A stretch of DNA of 64,000 nt from Octopus sinensis (lineage: Eukaryota). The position numbers and the translations under genes are program-made. The DNA is taken from positions 4,588,001 to 4,652,000 of the forward strand of contig NC_043014.1 in NCBI RefSeq assembly GCF_006345805.1. The letters run 5' to 3'. Shown piece by piece: positions 39,266-51,700 of the stretch. The notes under the pieces are model-generated. The model saw nothing but the letters and a program-made list of their open reading frames with translations, did not search any database and was not told the origin of the DNA. Every line of letters starts with the position of its first letter. The stretch's first letter is position 1.

Positions 39266-39990
39266 ATATATATATATATCTATATATATATATATACATA
39301 CATAAACACACATCCCAAGTAAACACATAGAAGGGTGGAATTGTACTCCTGTCCGATCGCTCTTTCACCAGACATAATCCTGGAGAGGGAAATAAGTGCG
39401 TAATGAAAAAAATCTAATGGTGGGGTTCTAGCATGTCCATGCCCTGTCGCTGCAACGTTTAGCCCTATTAATATTAGTGTTAAGTATTATATCTAGATGT
39501 ACACTTACACACACGCACAGAAACAGACACATGCAAACATACACACGCACACATAGGAATACGTACATATTTACACACATTTATCTATTTCTCTCCATCA
39601 GGAACGGAAGTGAGGCGAGTTTTTTTTAATCTTTTCTTTCCAACTTAAAATAAAACGTGCGAGTGCCAATGTAGATCGGTGAATTTCGTAATGTTTGACT
39701 GTAATTCACGTTGGTTTTTATATATGACAATATGTAAGAACGAATGTAAATACATACACACAGACACACGGACAAACACACGCACAAATAAACACAAACA
39801 CACACACATACGCACGCACACAGACACACGTGCTCAATTGTACACGAAGAACCACACTATACAGTGTATGTCCACTCACATATATGTGTGCGTTTGTGTG
39901 TGTGTATGCGTATAAGTAGATACGTGCATTTGTGATATTTATGGTGTGTATGCCTAAGTATACGTGCATACGTATATATTGATATGTATT

Positions 39991-40076
<86 letters not shown>

Positions 40077-40113
40077 CTATATATATATATATACATATAT
40101 ATATATAAATATA

Positions 40114-40174
<61 letters not shown>

Positions 40175-40182
40175 CTGTGTGA

Positions 40183-40445
40183 AGACGCAGTGGCCCAGTG
40201 TTTTGGGCAGCGGACTCACGATTGTAGGATCGCGGTTTCGATTCTGTATTGCTGGGGATTAAAGCTCCACGAGGCTCAGGGAGAGGGTTGTTGTGATCAC
40301 TGCTGTACTCTTTCGCTACAACTTTCTCCCTTTCTTTCGTTGGCCTGCGGGGAGGCGTCATTTAAAGGCTAAAACAATGCGATGCGCATTGTGACCAGCG
40401 ATGTGTAGCAAAAACTGATAGCCTGGTCTGTAACGGTGATCACGG
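40183..40445 (+). mobile_element. tRNA-derived SINE type 3 (paralog 56622-56895)
   Basis: Head GCAGTGGCCCAGTG...GGTTTCGATTC; tail ...GCGCATTGTGACCAGCGATGTGTAGCA...ACGGTGATCACGG. Confidence 0.8.
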
Positions 40446-40529
40446 AGAAATATGTATCATACGCACACAACACACACACACATACACACGTACATACACA
40501 CACACCAGCACAGATGTCCACATACACCT

Positions 40530-40745
40530 ATTTCATTATTACCCACAAGGGGCTAAACGCAGAGGGGACAAACAAGGACAGACAAACAGATTAAGTCGAT
40601 TATATCGACCCCAGTGCGTAACTGGTACTTATTTAGTCGACCCTAAAAGGATGAAATGCAAAGTCAACCTCGGCGGAATTTGAACTCAGAACGTAACGGC
40701 AGACGAAATACCGCTAAGCATTTCGCCCGGCGCGCTAACGATTCT
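40530..40745 (-). mobile_element. tRNA-derived SINE type 2 with a Tx1-like 3' tail and a ~100-bp flanking duplication
   Basis: The minus strand reads AGAATCGTTAGCGCGCCGGGC...GAGTTCAAATTCC...TTTAGCCCCTTGTGGGTAATAATGAAAT. It is absent at the homologous site in copy C (~56885-56990). Confidence 0.88.
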
Positions 40746-42133
40746 CCGTGATCACGGAGATAAATCTATCATACGCACACAATTCACACACACACACACA
40801 TACACACGTACATACACACACACCAGCACAGATGTCCACATATACCTTTAACGAACTATATTCATACAGATACGCACACACTTATACACACATGGGCAGA
40901 GACACACACGCACATACACGTACTTAAACGCACACACGCACACAAGCACACGCACGCACATTACTCCCACACAACTCCAAAACACGCCATACACACACGC
41001 ATGCACAATTTCACATACACACCGATACATATACATACACGCAATATATGCCTACACGCGCACACACACATACACATACGTATACACATATAGACACAGA
41101 CACACACACACGCACGCAAAAACATGCGCACACATACGCTCGCACACACGCACACAAATGCACACACCGAAAACTCACAACCCCATGGATACACGTATAT
41201 ACACAATTATATACGCTTACACACACATACAAACGCCCACGTAAACGCACACACAACTACACGCACATATAAGACGCACGCGCTTACATACACACACACA
41301 CAAATGTACCCACACGTACGTCCCATACACACGGCACACAATTATACATACATTTATACACACAAACGCACAGTTACTCACTACACAAACTCTACGCATA
41401 CACACATATACACTCAAACACACACACACGTGTCATTATTGCACACATACCCACATACACACACACGTACACATACACTAAGTGAAGCACAGTTATTCGC
41501 CACACAACCTAACTCTACTTCTACTCACACGAACACACACATTCATACACACACACACACGACAAACAAAACACACACACGAAACATATACATACACGCA
41601 CACACACACATACTTCAAACTAGCATTACCTACTACTTGACCTGGGGTAGAGACAAAAGGAGCCACGCCAAATTCCTTCTTCATTGACCTTAACACTACT
41701 AGCCCTACAACACGCAAAGATTAACAGCCACAACCACACACACACACACACACGTGTCATCATTGCACACATACACACAGACACACACACGCACACGCAG
41801 ACCTCCGCGCACGCTCTTATCCACACTTACACACACATTCCTCCTCCTCTACCACTCTCCTGTCTTTGAAAGAACTTTTCATCACCCATTCCCTTCCGGT
41901 CATTCAAAATGTGACGGCGTGTGTACCGTTGGCGATTTTTTTTCCGCTGTATTCCCTCCCCTTGTACTTTCCTTCTCGTATGTTTCCGACGAAGAGCTCC
42001 ACCCGAAACGTTAAACCCTCCTTCTTTCCTTCTTTCCTGAGCGTCCAATAATAATATATTTGTTCCACGTCCTCGCGTTGATGTTTTTTTTGTGCTTTCT
42101 TGTTTGGATTATATTTAACTATATATATACATG

Positions 42134-42218
<85 letters not shown>

Positions 42219-42257
42219 AGAAATATGTGTGTATATATATATATGTGTGTGTGTGTG

Positions 42258-42840
42258 TGTACTAGCAGACGTACCCGGTATATAATATATTGCAGTCATT
42301 TTAAAACAGGTGATATGGGAAAGTGCAACATTGACAACAAAACAGTTGTAGAGTAAATGCTGGGCTAATTCGACTAAGCAACATGCTATGCGTCCGTTTG
42401 GAGTGTTTCAGGCCCTAACCTGTCATGCAAAATTGGAGCTGGGTTTTCTGTGATTTTTGAACGCACCGAAAAGCTGTCAGTGGATATACTCTCCTTTGCA
42501 GCAGTGTGCGCTGTGTCTAACACGACCCATCATCGGAAATTTTGACACCTCTAGTCGGGTTTGTTGTCCTATATCACTCATTGAGTAAATTTGGAGGAAC
42601 TGTGGTTGTTTATTGGCGGGTACCAGAGAACCAATGGGGCGATAGACTTGCCCTTGAACTTTCACATCGGCGTAAATTCATGTTTATCTATCTTCTTAGA
42701 TTCACCAAACGATGTCATTTGAAAAGCAGACTTGTATTATCTGATATTGTTCAGAAAATCCTTTGACTGGATTGAAGCGCTTTCTACAAGATTCCTAAGG
42801 GGTTGAGATGGTAGTGTTGGCAATGATACCTGTCCGAATA
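42258..42840 (-). mobile_element. Helitron remnant with CTAG 3' end (copy B)
   Basis: KVQGQVYRPIGSLVP...QFLQIY. The minus-strand end is CCGGGTACGTCTG-CTAG-T. Confidence 0.75.
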
Positions 42841-42930
42841 TGTTGTCATCTATTGCATTGTTTTAAGTTCTAAACGATAATAAATACTCTGAAGTACTAT
42901 TTATATGATGCTATTTCTATTTTTTCACAG

Positions 42931-42982
42931 AACCGTTTCATCTCCAAGAAATCTCTCGACGATAAACCTGATGACACACCAA
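42931..42982 (+). CDS. Gene B exon 2
   Basis: TTTTTCACAG|AACCGT...CCAA|GTAAG, 52 nt. Confidence 0.75.
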
Positions 42983-44654
42983 GTAAGAACTAATTTTATT
43001 GCTAAAGTCTTTTACCCATGTCTCATTAACTAATGAATTATAATTTCACCAACTTTGAATTAGTTCCACATTATTATCCATATGTCCATAATACTATATA
43101 CTAAGACACTTGCCTGAATTTATTTCAAAATATATTCTACTTTACAATAACTTCCTAACTAAAATGTTACTCTAATATACTATGCCGTGTATTGTGTGTA
43201 TATGAGTATATATGCAGCGCTACGTCGAGAATTGTACTAAGCCCTCTTCATCTGAGAATCAAATGCCCGAGCTGGCGCTTCACTGTGTTTATATCTACAA
43301 TTCAGCATTCTGTTCACTCTTGTGCTTCCAATCATTCGTGAATAGAGACCCGAAATAATGATGTTCCACTTTCCTACACAGTGCGTATTTGTCAGTCCTG
43401 CCTTGGGGTACTCGGTAGCCAACCAATTCATTGCACGTTGTTGGTGACCATCAGACGAATCAGGTAGCAGGATGCCGTCTACAAATAAAAGTCGACCGAT
43501 CAAGTAGAGATGAATTGGGATACCTCTACCACAATGGCTGCGCATATTCAACCAGATCACAAAAAAGAATGTGAGAAGGGGCACTAACAATGCGCACTTC
43601 AACTAAGTGAAACCTTCACGTTGTAAACTTTCGACTTTTACATAAATACATTCATTTGAACATCCATATAGGTACTTTATGGCAACCAGTATTTGCCCAT
43701 TAAACTCACCTTCCCGGTAAACCATCCGCAACATGCCCCAGGGCACGTGATCGTGTGCCTTTTCGTGGTTTAAAGCGTATTCCTCTTGGAAGTTCTTCAA
43801 CGTTTGATGGAATATCTGTTTTGAACGACTATCTGGTCGGGTGTTCCGCGTCCCGGACAGTAATCTTGGGCACGATAATTTCCCTACATATCTTTTCCTG
43901 ACATCAAGTGTAGGCTTTTCTATAATTAAAACACACACTTTGGTCTCTGTTTGAAAACATTGTGATTGTCAACCCATATTACCATTGCCTTGGTGATTTT
44001 TCCAGAGGTCCCATCCACCTAGCATACATGGGTCACTCAGAGAATACCATCTGTATTTATGGCTTCTAAAATATCAAGCCGGACGTACATTTCACCAGCA
44101 GCATTACCACTTTTAAGTGAATTTAGCGCAAATAAGCGTTCAACCGAAAAAGAACCTGCCGAAAAATAATACAATCACGAACCCATTTCGAGGTCCAAGT
44201 TCATACGGGTGGGTCACTCACAATTTGGATGCAAAAGTCTCCACATTTTCGTTTCCGATCTCAGCATCCACTGCGGCTTCCAACTGTATTCTGTAGGTCG
44301 CACTGGACTTACCAATTTTCACTGTGCGGCAGACTGTGAGAATTTTCAGGTTTTCAGACAGTTAGGTAGTGCTATCAAAAACCTCTGTCACCAAGTATTT
44401 CTATATCAGGTACCCTTATAAATATCCCTGTCTTAAAATAATATCTATACCAGAGAGAGGAGAGTGTGTATCCTGCACAGAAGCCTGCTATGACCTCTCC
44501 ATTAAGTTCACTGACGACATTCCTTCCAATCAATCCTTCTCACGGTTATCAGTGCTAAGGTGTGCACTGAAGTTTCCTTGCAGGACAAATGACTTTACCC
44601 CAAATATATCTAAAGCTGAGGTGAATTTGCTTAGAAAGGATTTGTATTTGAATT

Positions 44655-45325
44655 CGCATTTGCCATACCGAATCATCCATCGAGTGGGATAAAAGCAGTT
44701 GCCTCTGGATCTTGATTGGAGAAGACGATTCGGAAAATATATTGCAGTCTCCACCCAACTCAATCTGAGATGCATTGGGATGGAATACAAAATATGCATC
44801 TTCCAAACCCCGAAGCAGGTCCAGAAGGGATCAACCGTTCATAATTGGGAATTAGACTGTCAAAACCGGACGATACAAAACGCTGCCTGTTATATATAAT
44901 CGGTGTCTCCTCAAGAAAGCTTCATTACTTCGGAGGCGCACACTTGGAAGTAGGTTGGAAACTCCACCGTGCAGGCGTGGTGCCAACTATGTCTGCACAG
45001 GCGGAAGTGGGATGCTCACAATCCCTGGCTTTCGGATTGGATTATGGAGTGAATCCCACTAGGTATTAAGGGATACCTCCTGAAGCTCAAGCAGAATGAA
45101 GGAGTGGTGTAGCTGCTGGAAGTAAATGCACCCAATAGCGAGGGCAAATACAAATGCTTCCTTAACAAAGTCACTGCAGCTTTGGATATATTTGGGGTAA
45201 AGTCATTTGTCTTACAAGGAGACTTCCGTGCTCACTTTGGCGCTGATAACCACAAGAAGTATTGATTGGGTGGAATCGCCTCACACACATAATTGGGGTG
45301 GCCATACTAGTCATCTGGAAGGAAA
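44655..45325 (+). mobile_element. Inverted RTE APE segment (reverse complement of ~30480-31170)
   Basis: GWKLHRAGVVPTMSAQAEVG and GVKSFVLQGDFRAHFG are read on the plus strand here but on the minus strand in the other copies. Confidence 0.85.
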
Positions 45326-45474
45326 CGGACTCTCTTCGCGCCAAACACCAAGCTGATATTCGTAAATGACCAATCAGGTGCCAAGGATTGATAATATTGC
45401 CAACATATCTATAAAAGAAGAACTTAATCATTTTTATTGTCACAAATATATATATACATGTATATATATATGTA

Positions 45475-45505
<31 letters not shown>

Positions 45506-45800
45506 ATAGGATCTTTCAACCCTATTATCTCCCCTAATTTCGCTCTCGCGTCTCATGTTTGATCTTTGACTTCTGGCTGAAATCAGATCGCCATGTTGAT
45601 TCGTTAGTTACTGCACGCATTTTTTTCTCTCCTTCTTTCTGTGTTTTTTTTCTCTGTGTATCTTTCTGTTGAAGAGCGTAGGCTCGAAACGTTAAAGACT
45701 TGTTTTATTTATATTTCCTGAGCGCCATACTAATACAATTGTTTGTTTGTTTGTTTTCCACCTGCCTTCGTCTTTTGTCTATTTTCATAAAGCTTCCCGT

Positions 45801-45884
<84 letters not shown>

Positions 45885-45886
<2 letters not shown>

Positions 45887-46290
45887 CGCAGGAGTGGCTA
45901 TGTCGTAAGTAGCTTGCCAACGAACCACATGGTTCCGGGTTCAGTCCCACTGCGTGGCACCTTCGGCAAGTGTCTTCTACCATAGCCCCGGGCCGACCAA
46001 TGCCTTGTGAGTGGATTTGGTAGACGGAAACTGAAAAAAGCCTGTCGTATTTATGTATATATATGTATATGTATGTGTGTGTGTTTGTGTGTCTGTGTTT
46101 GTCCCCCTAGCATTGCTTGACAACCGATGCTGGTGTGTTTACGTACCCGTCACCTAGCGGTTCGGCAAAACAGACCGATAGAATAAGTACTAGGCTTACA
46201 AAGAATAAGTCCCGGGGTCGATTTGCTCGACTAAAGGCGGTGCTCCAGCATGGCCGCAGTCAAATTACTGAAACAAATAAAAGAGTAAAA
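45885..46290 (+). mobile_element. tRNA-derived SINE type 1
   Basis: Full head and tail; inserted in (TA)n of copy B intron 2. Confidence 0.92.
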
Positions 46291-46660
46291 GGAAAAAAGA
46301 GTAAAGATATATATATATATATATATATATACTCACATCCAAGTTCAACTACAAAACAAACATCCGTTCTTAAGGGAGACAAATACACATTCTGATATTC
46401 TGAGATTAATCTCTGAATTCGTTGACATCAACGTCAACAACAGGCTCAATAGACAAATGACTAATTTTCTTCGTTTAAAATTTATTCTTTGCGAATCATT
46501 TACTTCTTTCATTCTGATTCTCATTCATTCACTCATTCTTTTTCTCTTAAATTCTAAATTTCTTTCCTCTCTCTCAATTTCTTCCAAACCAACAACATCC
46601 TTTGTATAGGATTCAAGAATTCTTTCTTTTAAACTAAATTGTTTCATTTTAATTTCACAG

Positions 46661-46735
46661 AACCCGGTCTCGGATCATTGTATACCCGGTGGGGCAGAAC
46701 TACTTGTCCTCCTTATTCAAACCTTGTCTATGACG
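46661..46735 (+). CDS. Gene B exon 3 (PGLGSLYTRWGRTTCPPYSNLVYD)
   Basis: TTTCACAG|AA...GACG|GTTAGT. Confidence 0.88.
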
Positions 46736-47349
46736 GTTAGTATACTCTGTATTTCTATCCTCTCTTTCTCACACGCACACGCACGCACACTCAAGCAAAT
46801 CATGTGATATATCACGTTTGAAACGATACCTATAGACCCTATAGAGACTGCACAATACTGCTTACTCCTTTGTAGGTATTTGGTCAAATCAGAATTTTAA
46901 ATGTTGTCTAATATGGACCAGGTGAAAAGGATGTTGTCTAACCTCAGAATATAGATATCTCTACGTTTAATTATAGATAGGGACTAGACTGGAATCCAGT
47001 ATAGCGATCAAGGACTCCTGGCTGACTTGTATGGAGTGTAGATATCAAATACCGAGGCTGCTAACTGGTGATCAAGTGTACTGGATACGGATGGTGGTAT
47101 TGTACGTGAGTGACCAGAGCTGAAAGTGGCCACTTGTCTATCATTAACTAGAGTGTCTATTGATTGTAGTTATAGACTAAATTGAACAAGGTCTAATTAG
47201 AATTGATGAATGAATGTATATGGTTAATGAAATGAACGCAGAATGTACAATGTGGACTGGACAGACCACACACTGTAACTAATGGACAAAGCTAACTTAG
47301 GGTCGTATGTATTATGCAAAATGTGGAGGGATGAAGTACCACTGAGAGA

Positions 47350-47900
47350 ACCCAAGTGAGTACATATTGCACTACTATTCTTCTCCACCTCACCAAAATC
47401 GTCCTATCCCTCAAACCTATCTCTTTTCATGCAACACCTCGCCTCATTAATTGTCCAGTGTATCTTTGTAAGGTAACACCGGCACATCCAATTCAAAGCT
47501 ACTTCTTCCCACATCTTCTCCAACCAACCTCATATCCTTTGTGAATCTGCTCTCTATAAACCCTACACATATCCTTTATTGGTCGCCTCTCCGCTGTCCA
47601 TTCTTCTTAAGCACTACGCCATCAATGAGCTTCAAAATTCACCCCACCTCAGTTCATGCTTTGCATGAAATAAAATCTGTGTGATCATAATATTATAGTA
47701 TGTGGTAGGCCCGTCTCGTGGTAGGCCTGACTCGTCCGAGACAAACCGATGGATATAGCCAGCCACACCCGTATGGTCGGCTAAACAGTATTTCATCCCC
47801 TCTTACCCACCAGTTCTCTGCATCTCGCCGTCTCTCGTATTGTTCTACTCAAACCACATGCAATTCACATCACCAACAATTTTCCCGTTCAAACGGGAAC
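47350..47900 (-). mobile_element. Very old LINE (RTE-like APE) remnant in intron 3 (paralogs ~32400-32900 and ~62530-63050)
   Basis: Weak resemblance of broken minus-strand frames (GVVLKKN...EKxRF) to RTE endonuclease. Confidence 0.3.
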
Positions 47901-48240
47901 GACATCTTTTCCATTTCGGGAAATCACTACCACATGCGTTACAAAATCCCTTTCCTTTCTCCGTTTATTGACATCCACACACACACATCTACCCCATGCA
48001 ATACACATCACAACCACAAATACTTACCCGCACACACCCACAGACACAAACACAAACACAAAGACACAAATATATAACACAGCATACACTCATATAAACA
48101 CTAAAACATACACCACAATTCGTTCACACGTGACTAAACATGACTTCTTTTAAGGGTCAAACTGTAATGAATGTTTCCGTTATTTCATATATAATTTTGC
48201 TTAATATCTTTTTTACTTGATTTATTCTTACCAATTCTAG

Positions 48241-48740
48241 GTGTGGCTGGTGGACAATGGTACGACCACACAGGTGGCGGAAGTAATCTCTTATGTCTAC
48301 CTAACGATCCCATTTGGGCCAATTATACTACAAAAGTTGAAGAAGGTGGTTACATTTATGGCAGTGAATATCAACTACAGCATTACGACACCAATACCAT
48401 GTTTTCCTTTGCTAACGCTAAATCACTTCAGGATCACAACGTTCCGTGCGCTGTCTGTTTGACACGACAACCTGCTGTTGTTATGATGTTACCAGCCAGG
48501 ACACAGTGTTACGCTGGTTGGTCAGCTGAGTATTCAGGATATTTGATGGCCAATTATTACGGGCATAAAGGCAGACATGAATATGTGTGTGTGGATTATG
48601 CACCAGAAGCTGATCCAGCAGGTTACAGAAACGAAGATGGAGCTGTTTTATATTTCGTTCAGGCTGGTTGTGGTTCGTTGCCATGTCCACCGTATGTCAA
48701 TGGTCAAGAATTAACCTGCGTTGTGTGCAGTAAATATTGA
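48241..48740 (+). CDS. Gene B exon 4: short-chain collagen C4-like domain, intact frame
   Basis: TTCTAG|GT acceptor. All cysteine motifs are present, including EYVCVD. AATAAA at 48851-48856. Confidence 0.92.
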
Positions 48741-51700
48741 ACAGAAATTAAATTCGTTTCCATATGAAAATATGTCTGTGAATTTCAATAAATAACATAA
48801 AATTTTAATTGTGTTACCTAATATTTTCTTTAAAGTATGTCTATCGTTACAATAAACTGTTGTACTAGTTTAGAGAAGATATTCAAACAATACAAAAGAG
48901 GCGACGTAGAATGCCAGAAATATCCTCAAAAACAAGAAAAATCTAAATCTGTCGAAATGATTCTAGAAAACATTTTGTAAGATTTCAGTTTATCAAACTT
49001 ATCGTTGAAATAAAATGTTATTTTGTTTAACAGTATTTTGTCTTCTGTCTCATGATTCAACAAACCCCAAATAAAGTACCACCATAGAATTATATCAGCT
49101 TTTCATGCACAGCCTTAGAAAATCTAATCCTCGACGCTGCTATCTCTATCATCTTGGTTTTCAAATTACAACTCGGATTCTGACGAGGAGCCATGAACCG
49201 CTACGTTACATAGCACAGAACTTAACTGATTCTTTCAACAACAACCAAATACTTCCACACAATCCATTCTATTTGCCGTTATTTATCAGGAAAACTTTGC
49301 GTTCCATTCCAACCCCATATCTTATAAAACCTATTTATCGTCTACTTTGGAAATATCACAAAATGTTCAATTTAAGATTTCTGAGAATGTAGAATTTACA
49401 CGATCAATCCTTCAAAAGACAGTATAAATGAGTATTGGTCCTGCCAACCAAAATCTATGCCAAAAAATTCCCACCTCTCTTCGAAATAAGATACAAAATG
49501 AAACTCGATGCACACAACATACATGTCATACACTAAACACTGATATACAAGAATAAGAAAGGAAATCAACCAGAAAAATTGCCTCATTTAAGCAGCAGAG
49601 AACATCAAATACGACGATTTCTTTCACTCATCTACGTAAACATACCAGACTCGAAGAAAGGATGGATCCGCGAAGCTGAATACATTTCATGTAAAACGAA
49701 TACAACACCCATAAAAGTGAGTGTAAAGAGAGCAAATATAGTCAAGGCAAGCACGGATGCTGTGTGTAAGAAGGCTGAGATGTTGTGACCGTCACGTTAT
49801 ATCCAATAGGATTTATGATTGTCTGTTGGAGTGTGTCGAATATTTGTTAGATAAACGAAGGTTTCGGTTAACAGCATCAAGCTGCAATAAAGATTATTAA
49901 TGTTTACTATCCCACTATTATTAGTCTGATGGGTAAATCTGCATTCGCTTCTCTAGATTACAAATATTTTCCTGGTTGTAAATCGTAAACAATTGCAGAG
50001 AATACGGACGCTGGTAGATCTTCAAATTCATCTTTTGATTCAGCGGCATAATTAGACAGTTAAAACGACCGCCAGGTGTTTAAGCTGTACAGAGCATGCG
50101 CAGCTGCATATGCAACCCGCCATTACAATAGGAAAAATTATGGGACTTTGTTGAAATCTGACATGGCTATAAGATTTATTTTGTAGCTTATTTCGAATTA
50201 AACTTATTTCGAGGGCCAAACCGAGAGTGTTACACACACACATACACACACACAAACAAACACACAAACACACACACAAATACACACACACACACACACA
50301 AATACACAAGCACGCACACACACACACACACACACACACAACACACACACATATATATATTAAATTAAGTCAACTTATATCTGAGGGGTCTAATATGCTT
50401 CCTCTGAGAAAATTTAATCATAACTATGGAATTCCGTCGTACATATGCTGTCCATACGGAAGGTGCACTTGCGAATTGAGTTTCACATGGGAGACACTGT
50501 ACCTGTATGTTTTGCTATGATTTATAAAACAAGAAGAAACATATTCAAAGCTAGTGATAATGACTAGCTAAAAATATGTATGAATGTCATTATTCGGTTT
50601 TAATAGAATATTTCTGGCCAACAGAAAGAGAGACGGCTTCTAACCTAGTTCCAAGTATCTTTCATTGGAATTTCAACAACATGAACAGGATTTTTTTGTA
50701 TGCATGTATGTATGTATGTATGTATGTATGTCTGTATGTATGTATGCATGTATGTATGTATGTATGTATGCATGAATGTATATATGTATGTATGTATGTA
50801 TGCATGTATGTAAGTAGGTATGCATATATGTATGTATGCATGTATGTATGTATGCATGTATGTATGTATGTATGCATGTATGTATGTATGTATGTATGTA
50901 TGTATGCATGCATGTATGTATGTATGTATGCATGTATGCATGTATGTATGTATGTATTATGTATGCATGCATGAATGTATGCTTGTATGTATGTATGCAT
51001 GTATGTATGTATGCATGTATGCATGTATGTATGCATGTATGTATGTATGTATGTATGTATGTATGTATGTATGTACGTGTGTATGTATGTATGTATGCAT
51101 GTATGTATGTTTGTATGTATGTATGTATGTATGTATGTATGCATGTATGTATGTATGTATGTATGTATGTATGTATGTATGTATGTATGTACGTGTGTAT
51201 GTATGTATGTATATATGTAGGTATGTATGCATGTATGTATGTATGTCAGGTAACTTTCGAGTGCTACTGGTGACATGTAACCCAGTACAACCTGTTGCAT
51301 TGTCGGGTCGTCGGCGACTAAGCCGGCAACCCCACGAAGCTTGCTTGCTGAGGAGCGAGTCTATTGGACACCCTGTGGGATGAAAAACAAAACCCGTCAA
51401 AGAGCGGAGGAACTCTTGAGAGTCAACGGCCATCCAATATATGTCTTAAGGCTGTATCATGCGCGGGGACATAGAAGTAATCGGACTGAATACCCGATCG
51501 CGCGGTTAAACCATTGGGAGTGGAGGTCTCCTAGACTTTGTTAGGGCATCCTTCTAGGAGAGGGTAATTCAGGTAACTGGGATAACTCCGACATAAAACC
51601 TGCGGCTCAGTGGTTACCGATGATGTTGACTTTTTCTTCTTTTCGGATTATGGCTGCTGTTGCTTAGTGACTTGGATTGACTCAGTGCACAGCCTTTCCT

